Positions 58,552 to 64,000 of a stretch of 64,000 nucleotides of DNA are shown piece after piece. Both the position numbers and the translations under genes were made by a program. Source of the DNA: an uncultured virus (IMG/VR IMGVR_UViG_3300027749_000091). Its lineage: Duplodnaviria; Heunggongvirae; Uroviricota; Caudoviricetes. Numbering within the stretch: the stretch's first letter is position 1; each line of letters begins with the position of its first letter. Location of the stretch: IMG/VR virus record IMGVR_UViG_3300027749_000091; one strand, given 5' to 3'. The notes below the pieces were generated by a model. The model saw only the letters and a program-made list of their open reading frames with translations. It was not told the DNA's origin and did no database searches.

Positions 58552-59930
58552 TATTTTTTCGCTGTTTTTAAAGAGTTAATAAAGTCTTGCTTAGATGGCG
58601 CACCTTTAGTTCCGGGTTTTCTCATCTTCTCACCAGAACCAGCGGCAATCCGTTTTCTCTTGGCGTTAATATTATCGTAAAGTCCGCCAGAAGCCATTTT
58701 TTTAGGTTTAATGCCTTTTTCTTTCATTGATATAGCAGTGGCAGCTTGTTGGGCCAATCCACCTTCTTTAAATTGAGTAAAGTCAGTATTATCCCTACGC
58801 GGCTTCTTTACGCCACTAGGCATTTTAGATGGGGCAATATCGCCCATACCGCGGCTAGGTCTCATACCATTTTTCCTTTGGTTTTACCCTTAACGCAACA
58901 TCCGTCTGCACGAGCAGAGGCTGTACCGCCTTTTTTCATGCCAGTTACATTGCCCATAGTATCAACGGCAGGAATGTTTTGTTCGGTTGTGCCAAACATT
59001 TCATAATCGCGCTGCTTTTCCTGACGGATTCCACGCTCTTTATTGGCTTTGTAATAAGCCTCGCGCTTCTCTTTTTCTTTGCCGGTTTCTGTATATGGCA
59101 TGATTAACAGGCTCCGCCCATTTTCATTTTAATCATAGTACCTTTGGTTTTGCCTTTAGTAGCACAACCATCAGCGCGAGCAGATGCAGATCCGCCTTTG
59201 GCTAATTTTAAAGTTGTACCTTTACCGCCTTTATGCTCTTGCATATCGTGCTGTTTAAAAGCTTTTTTAATCATAGCCGTGTCTTGGGCTTTGTCCATTT
59301 TTGTATCTTCTTTCATGTCACTTTTCATAATTCCACCACCTTTAAATGTTTTGCCTTTATCGGCTTTGTTGAAATCCATTCCCACTGATTGCGGAATACC
59401 AACTTTCTTTGCAAATGCTGGGTTATGCGCAACTGCCGCCATAAGATTATGCTGTTTTTTAGATACGCTAGGCATTATACAAACCGCCCTTTAGTTTTAC
59501 CCTTAATAGCACAACCATCGCCCCGCTTGGAGGCTGAAGATACAGTACCACCTTTAGCTTTTTTCTTAACAGCGCCACCTTTTTTCATGCCAGCCATACC
59601 AGCACTCATAGGTCTACTAACATCTTGACCACGAAGCATAGGACCCATTTCTAAACCACCGGCAGTTTGTTCATCTTGACCATAATCTTTAGTTGCACGA
59701 CCAAGTCTAGGAGGAAGACTAGGAGGAAGAACAGCCATTTGAGGGGGCATAGCTCCACCAAGTCCGCCAGCCATAGGTCTTCCACCACGTAAACCAATAG
59801 CAGCAGGGATAGCGGCAGCAACAGGAACGTCAGCTACAGGAGCGTCATCTACATATGTACCTGAATCGCCGTTCATAACATAACGTCCGCCAGCAGCAAA
59901 TTTTTTCATCTTTTTCATTTTTGTCCCCAA
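58551..59930 (-). other. Tandem small basic proteins (58551-58865, 58862-59101, 59104-59475, ~59475-59918) sharing GG motifs
   Basis: Three end in the paralogous module KGG..S.R(A/G)DGC..KGKTKG. Confidence 0.7.
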
Positions 59931-60160
59931 TATCCAGCAATAAACCCAGCCACACCAGTTAAAAAACTAATAAAACCACCAATAGCCATTAATGTTTTCC
60001 ATCCACCCTTAGCTTCAGATAGGGTTTTTTCAATGTTTTGGAGCGTGGTTTTAATTTCAGCCATCTCCTTTATCATCTTATCCATATCTTCCTGCAAGTG
60101 TTCAATGTTACTAGCGTGGGTGGCTAATTCTCTTGCTGTTTCAATTGCGTCAATACTCAT
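59915..60160 (-). CDS. Coiled-coil protein with a C-terminal transmembrane helix
   Basis: Heptad pattern followed by WKTLMAIGGFISFLTGVAGFIAGYW. Confidence 0.55.
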   Translation of the reverse strand: MSIDAIETARELATHASNIEHLQEDMDKMIKEMAEIKTTLQNIEKTLSEAKGGWKTLMAIGGFISFLTGVAGFIAGYWGQK

Positions 60161-60161
60161 T

Positions 60162-60419
60162 TTAACATTTCCATCGAGCTAGACTAGCCGCTTTACGAGT
60201 AGGTCTACCCTTCTCGTCTTTCATTGGACCGGGCATACCAGACATACGTGCGCAGAATGATTTCTTCCTAGCACCACCTTCGGGCTGTGGAGCCTTTAGG
60301 TTAGATCCAGTAGCGGCGTTATACTTTGCACGGCCTTTGGCAGTTAGCCCAGCCCCCTTAGATACAGGAAGCTTTTCACCACGACCTATTGCTAGAGAGG
60401 GGCCTTTTTTCTTAGCCAT
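60162..60419 (-). CDS. Basic phage protein (DUF6321-like)
   Basis: GLTAKGR..YN..TGSNLKAP...RKKSFCARM.GM...SL.RWKC. Confidence 0.65.
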   Translation of the reverse strand: MAKKKGPSLAIGRGEKLPVSKGAGLTAKGRAKYNAATGSNLKAPQPEGGARKKSFCARMSGMPGPMKDEKGRPTRKAASLARWKC

Positions 60420-60702
60420 AAAACACCGTAATAGCTGCGTTAGCTGGTAATGTTATATAAACGCCATTATCAAAACGAATACCTTCACCCGGTATTAATG
60501 TAGAAATAATAGCAGTATTAACAGTAGTATCAAGCTGTAAACGTTGTGTGCCAGTAGTAGTATTAGCGGCAGTATCGTAAAAATTAATTTGCCCCGCAGT
60601 GCCGCCGGGAGCTACTTGATAGCCTTTTACTCGTACTGTACCTGTAATAGCTTGTGCATTTGCATTTAAATGCGCCATTTTTACGTCATATTGCATCGTC
60701 AT
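60412..60702 (-). CDS. Small beta-rich structural protein
   Basis: IPGEGIRF.NGVY...TVFYG. Confidence 0.55.
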   Translation of the reverse strand: MTMQYDVKMAHLNANAQAITGTVRVKGYQVAPGGTAGQINFYDTAANTTTGTQRLQLDTTVNTAIISTLIPGEGIRFDNGVYITLPANAAITVFYG

Positions 60703-60750
60703 AATTAATCTCCTAAAGATTTAAGTGGGGGACAAATCCCCCTAGATTAA

Positions 60751-61260
60751 TTAAACGTTTTGCTGACCATTGTCCGCAACGTAGTAACGAATAGATCCAG
60801 TAACTGGACCACCAACAGCACCAGCAGTACCAATAGCAGAAGTAACAATAAATAAGTTGGTTGCATTAGCAACGTTACCTAAAGAAGCGCCTGCGCCTGT
60901 ACTGCCTAGAGTAATTGCTTGGCGGGTTGTTACGTTACCATTTAATACAAATGCGCCGGGAACGTTAGTACCTAGAACAATTGGTTGTCCGGGGCCGCCA
61001 CCACTAATTGGGGTAAACCCTATGTTACAGGTAGAATTAGCGCCTGTAGATGGGGTAGCAATATTAACAGCCAATACAACAGTGTTAGCTGGCAGAATAA
61101 TTGGGGCCGTATTGGTAGCTGAAACCACTACGTTTGCGGTAGTAGAAGATGTGTTAGCGATATAAAACTGGGCAACCATGTCCATCGAACCAGCATAAGC
61201 TGTACGAGTTTGGTCACCACCTGTTGAACGCCATAAAGCTGAGGTAGTTGCTAAAGTCAT
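60751..61260 (-). CDS. Structural protein downstream of the major capsid gene
   Basis: RBS AAGGA before ATG61260 (MTLATTS...). Beta-rich. Confidence 0.6.
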   Translation of the reverse strand: MTLATTSALWRSTGGDQTRTAYAGSMDMVAQFYIANTSSTTANVVVSATNTAPIILPANTVVLAVNIATPSTGANSTCNIGFTPISGGGPGQPIVLGTNVPGAFVLNGNVTTRQAITLGSTGAGASLGNVANATNLFIVTSAIGTAGAVGGPVTGSIRYYVADNGQQNV

Positions 61261-61269
61261 GATAAATTG

Positions 61270-61343
61270 TCCTTGCATATAAGATCAGCTTATCAATCAA
61301 TATGCTGTCTGCCGGGACAGTTTGATAAGCCGGTTTTCCCGGT
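61270..61343 (-). ncRNA. Candidate double-pseudoknot leader RNA
   Basis: GCUUAUCAA/UUGAUAAGC stem. The CUG(UCCCGG)CAG loop is complementary to 5' CCGGGA, and GCAUAU/AUAUGC lies next to the RBS. Confidence 0.55.
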
Positions 61344-61350
61344 TTATACG

Positions 61351-61378
61351 ATCATACTACATTTTAAATTTTGTGCAA
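61351..61378 (-). promoter_or_regulatory. Sigma70-type promoter
   Basis: TTGCAC-16 bp-TATGAT. Confidence 0.55.
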
Positions 61379-61386
61379 GTATTTAC

Positions 61387-61420
61387 AAAAGAAAAACCCC
61401 GCCTTTTGAGCGGGGTCTTC
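61387..61420 (-). terminator. Intrinsic terminator after the major capsid gene
   Basis: GACCCCGC-tcaaaag-GCGGGGTT followed by TTTCTTTT. Confidence 0.85.
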
Positions 61421-61441
61421 GTAAGTCTTATATAAGACTAA

Positions 61442-62350
61442 TTAAGCACCAGCAGATCCAAACATACCAAGAGGATCAGACCAGCCAAAGCTATAACGCT
61501 CACGTGACTTGTAGCGGACATTGCCCGTGTCGAAGTCGCCGTCCATTGACTGAGCCAAAGGCGAGCGCACAAAGTGCTTCATACCGTTTGGAACGTCCGT
61601 GGTCAAGAACCAACCATTGGTGTCGGTCAAGAAATGGTTAATGGTGTAACCTTCCGAAACAGAACCGTTGTTCTTAATTGCGTTGATATCATTGTCGTTT
61701 GTACCAACACGCAATTCAGTTTCGAGCAAGCGAGTTGCAACGAATTGGAGTGCAGGAGGAACAATCAACTTCTTAGGTTTGGAAGCAATTAACAAACCAC
61801 GCTCATCCGTCCACAAGCTAATTTGAATAACGGCGGCTTCTAAAGAAGTCTCGTTTAAGTCAGCAGGGGTTGAAGGAATGTTGCTGTTAACACCGCCGTT
61901 TACCAATGGGTGTGATGCGCTGAATAAAGGAACGCCGTCGCCACCGTTATAGCCAGTAGTGAAACCGTTGTTTAATACAGCAGCAGCTTTAACCTGTTTG
62001 GTATAAGCCATAGCACGAGCTAAGGACTTGGTGTAGCGAGCTGATAAAGAATCATAGAGGTTATCTTCGATTGCTTCTTCAGTTAAGCTAAAGCCAAGGG
62101 CAATAGTTTCGTGGTTGTAGCGAGCTGTCCATGCTTCTTGAGCATTGTCATAAGCGATGGCAGAACCTTCGTTTTTAACAGGTGCAGCAGAAAAGCCAGA
62201 AAGCTTTGTTTCTTCTTCGAAAGAACGCTCTGAGGTCTCAGTTTCGTAGATCTCTTTGTGTTCTTCACCGTAGCGAGCATACTCTAAACCGAACAATGCA
62301 TTCAGTCCGGGGAGCAACTCTTTCAGTAGTTGTGCGCGTGAAATAGCCAT
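61442..62350 (-). CDS. Major capsid protein
   Basis: 302 aa; MAISRAQLLKELLPGL, K.EG..I.YD, ITEE-like LTEEAIEDNLY, LIVP..L, RERYSFGWSDP. Followed by a strong terminator. Confidence 0.9.
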   Translation of the reverse strand: MAISRAQLLKELLPGLNALFGLEYARYGEEHKEIYETETSERSFEEETKLSGFSAAPVKNEGSAIAYDNAQEAWTARYNHETIALGFSLTEEAIEDNLYDSLSARYTKSLARAMAYTKQVKAAAVLNNGFTTGYNGGDGVPLFSASHPLVNGGVNSNIPSTPADLNETSLEAAVIQISLWTDERGLLIASKPKKLIVPPALQFVATRLLETELRVGTNDNDINAIKNNGSVSEGYTINHFLTDTNGWFLTTDVPNGMKHFVRSPLAQSMDGDFDTGNVRYKSRERYSFGWSDPLGMFGSAGA

Positions 62351-62362
62351 TTAATTAGCTCC

Positions 62363-62989
62363 TTAAACGTAATTCTGGGCCGCAGCCAACAGAATTTGGG
62401 GGTTAGTGAACTTCACGATAACTTCCGTGTAGGCGTTTGAGCCAGAGGCTGTTTCAGGAACTACTGCAATCACACGAACAGGTGCTGTCGCTGCGTTACC
62501 GCTACCAACTACGGGAGCAATAAGCGAAACGGCGGAATCACCAGTAGTGGATGATCCTGTACCTTGACGTAGAGTTTGATTAGTACCAACAACAGACGAG
62601 TTAGCTGTAGTAATAGTAGTGTTACCAGAATAGGTAATAGCTACTTTAAAAGCTGCCATAGGATCGTCAACAACATAAGCAACAGCAGAAGTAGCAGCAG
62701 CATTACCGGGGTAATATTGAGCTTGAACTAGCTGACTTTGACTATTAACGTACTGAACACCCATAAACACACCATAAGTTAAGTTAGCGGTATTGTCTGT
62801 GGTTGAATCTACAGTAACGTTAGATTTAATAACATTGCCACCTTTGATCATAACTACGTCACCGTTGTAAATCGCAGTGTTATAAGTACTGGCGATTGGT
62901 AGTTGACGTGTAGCCCCAGCATAGGGCATAAAGTCAGCACGGTTAACGGGGACTAGACCATAGGGAGCAGAAACGGTTGGATAAGCCAT
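62363..62989 (-). CDS. Probable capsid decoration protein (allele B)
   Basis: 208-aa variant of 45-668. Confidence 0.55.
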   Translation of the reverse strand: MAYPTVSAPYGLVPVNRADFMPYAGATRQLPIASTYNTAIYNGDVVMIKGGNVIKSNVTVDSTTDNTANLTYGVFMGVQYVNSQSQLVQAQYYPGNAAATSAVAYVVDDPMAAFKVAITYSGNTTITTANSSVVGTNQTLRQGTGSSTTGDSAVSLIAPVVGSGNAATAPVRVIAVVPETASGSNAYTEVIVKFTNPQILLAAAQNYV

Positions 62990-63011
62990 TTAAATCTCCT
63001 AGATATAAAAA

Positions 63012-63461
63012 TTAAGAACCTTTACCAAAGCTCGTCGAGGATTTTCGCTCTGAAAAGAGAGGCATCCTTGGGTCACTTTGGCGCATAAGATTATTATCTA
63101 CAGCTTCCGTTTGGGCTTGGCTTTGCTTCGCATAATGCGCGTTGCGTTGCTGGACAAACTCAGTCGGAGTCTTGCAAAGTAATAATCCACCAATCTCAAT
63201 ATTGTCCTTAAAGCGACTATTGGGATCGATTAAGAGTTGAAATTTAGGTTGTTCTTCGACTCTAACGGGTTCCCAACCTTCTCTCAGTTTTGCTGAAAGA
63301 TTGCGAGGATCTGCTACGTTTAGGTTCGAGACACGAATCCATCGATACGAAAAACCAGCCTCTTTGTCAGGCTCAGGGAGCAATTCAGGTTGCGACCACT
63401 CTGTAGGTCGCTCATAAGTTGCACGGGTTTCTACATCACGTTTTGTTCTTACTTCAGCCAT
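63012..63461 (-). CDS. Head-module hypothetical protein (allele B)
   Basis: Variant of 691-1140 with 3 amino-acid differences. Confidence 0.6.
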   Translation of the reverse strand: MAEVRTKRDVETRATYERPTEWSQPELLPEPDKEAGFSYRWIRVSNLNVADPRNLSAKLREGWEPVRVEEQPKFQLLIDPNSRFKDNIEIGGLLLCKTPTEFVQQRNAHYAKQSQAQTEAVDNNLMRQSDPRMPLFSERKSSTSFGKGS

Positions 63462-64000
63462 TTTGGGCCTCCAATTTAGTTAGTTCACGGGCATATTGCT
63501 CAGGGGTCAGTCCTAGTTTTTTAGACAAGAGAACTTGCGTTTTGCTCAGACGTACTTTTTTAGGAGACGTACTGCGCGTTGCTGGCGCTACTACCGTGCT
63601 AGCTTTTGGTCGATTTTCCTTTACAGGTTCATCTTCCGCGTCGTTAGTATCCTCGAAATTTTCGGGGAATCGTTTACGCATTGTGTTATCAATGCGGTTG
63701 TAGTACTCATCAGATCCAGCCGATACACCACTGCGAACTAACTTTTCATGCAATCCTAGAGCAAGACTGGTCATTTCTTCATCTTGACCAAACCAATCAT
63801 TTCGTTTTTGCCAGCTTACTGCTTTATGATCGGGCGTTGTTACTTGCTGATTATTGCTTTGTACCTCGTTTTTCTCTTCTTGTAAAGCTTTTTGATAAAC
63901 GTGCTGATAATTCTGCGCTTTATCCATCCGCAAACTAGCTGCGGTCATTTTTTCCTGAGCTTCTAAAAGCTTGTCTGCATCGCCAGATTCATACGCAGAC
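63454..64000 (-). CDS. Scaffolding protein, 5'-truncated by the window end (allele B)
   Basis: Variant of the C-terminal half of 1133-2104. Confidence 0.6.
   Translation of the reverse strand, partial: SAYESGDADKLLEAQEKMTAASLRMDKAQNYQHVYQKALQEEKNEVQSNNQQVTTPDHKAVSWQKRNDWFGQDEEMTSLALGLHEKLVRSGVSAGSDEYYNRIDNTMRKRFPENFEDTNDAEDEPVKENRPKASTVVAPATRSTSPKKVRLSKTQVLLSKKLGLTPEQYARELTKLEAQNG

Larger units (their letters stand above)
62319..64000. repeat. Terminal direct repeat, copy 2 (start of a second genome copy or allele)
   Basis: Same gene order as 1-1673. The offset grows from 62318 to 62327 through +3 and +6 nt indels. Confidence 0.97.

Noticed and set aside
258..63938. Many antisense or alternate-frame ORFs in the track (e.g. 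1764-2201, 3736-4116, 34159-34992, 59144-59628)
   Set aside because: Shadow frames of well-supported genes, with no RBS or recognisable motifs.
1..64000. Integrated prophage or alternative genetic code
   Set aside because: No host genes, integrase or att sites recognised, and long ORFs are intact under the standard code.

Overview
The window holds one essentially complete, circularly permuted tailed dsDNA phage genome with a unit length of about 62,318 bp. Positions 62319-64000 restart the genome as a NON-identical second copy of positions 1-1673. The minus strand carries head and packaging genes (major capsid, GroES-like co-chaperonin, portal, TerL, TerS). It also carries a short-tail morphogenesis set (adaptor and nozzle-like proteins, three internal/ejection proteins, a 2046-aa polyvalent protein), a glycine-rich tail-fibre array, a GH19 endolysin and two free-standing GIY-YIG endonucleases. 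A separate minus-strand operon encodes ParB-MT-A70 methyltransferase, a PD-(D/E)XK nuclease, a ParB-like protein, an SF2 helicase and a TOPRIM primase. The plus strand carries an early region of many short ORFs, a glycan-modification cluster (GT10, radical SAM-SPASM, FkbM-like, GT2, GT-A) and recombination genes. I recognised no integrase, DNA or RNA polymerase, tRNA or CRISPR array. The most notable signals are non-coding. Two complete, covarying type II hammerhead ribozymes bracket one early ORF. A second pseudoknotted RNA motif occurs twice in equivalent intergenic slots. There are LexA (SOS)-type boxes together with a stand-alone LexA-like DNA-binding protein, a putative small RNA with anti-Shine-Dalgarno loops, and several other structured leaders. 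A Beta/Gammaproteobacterial host is inferred from the CTGT-N8-ACAG boxes. All product calls come from motif recognition by eye; no database searches were run.
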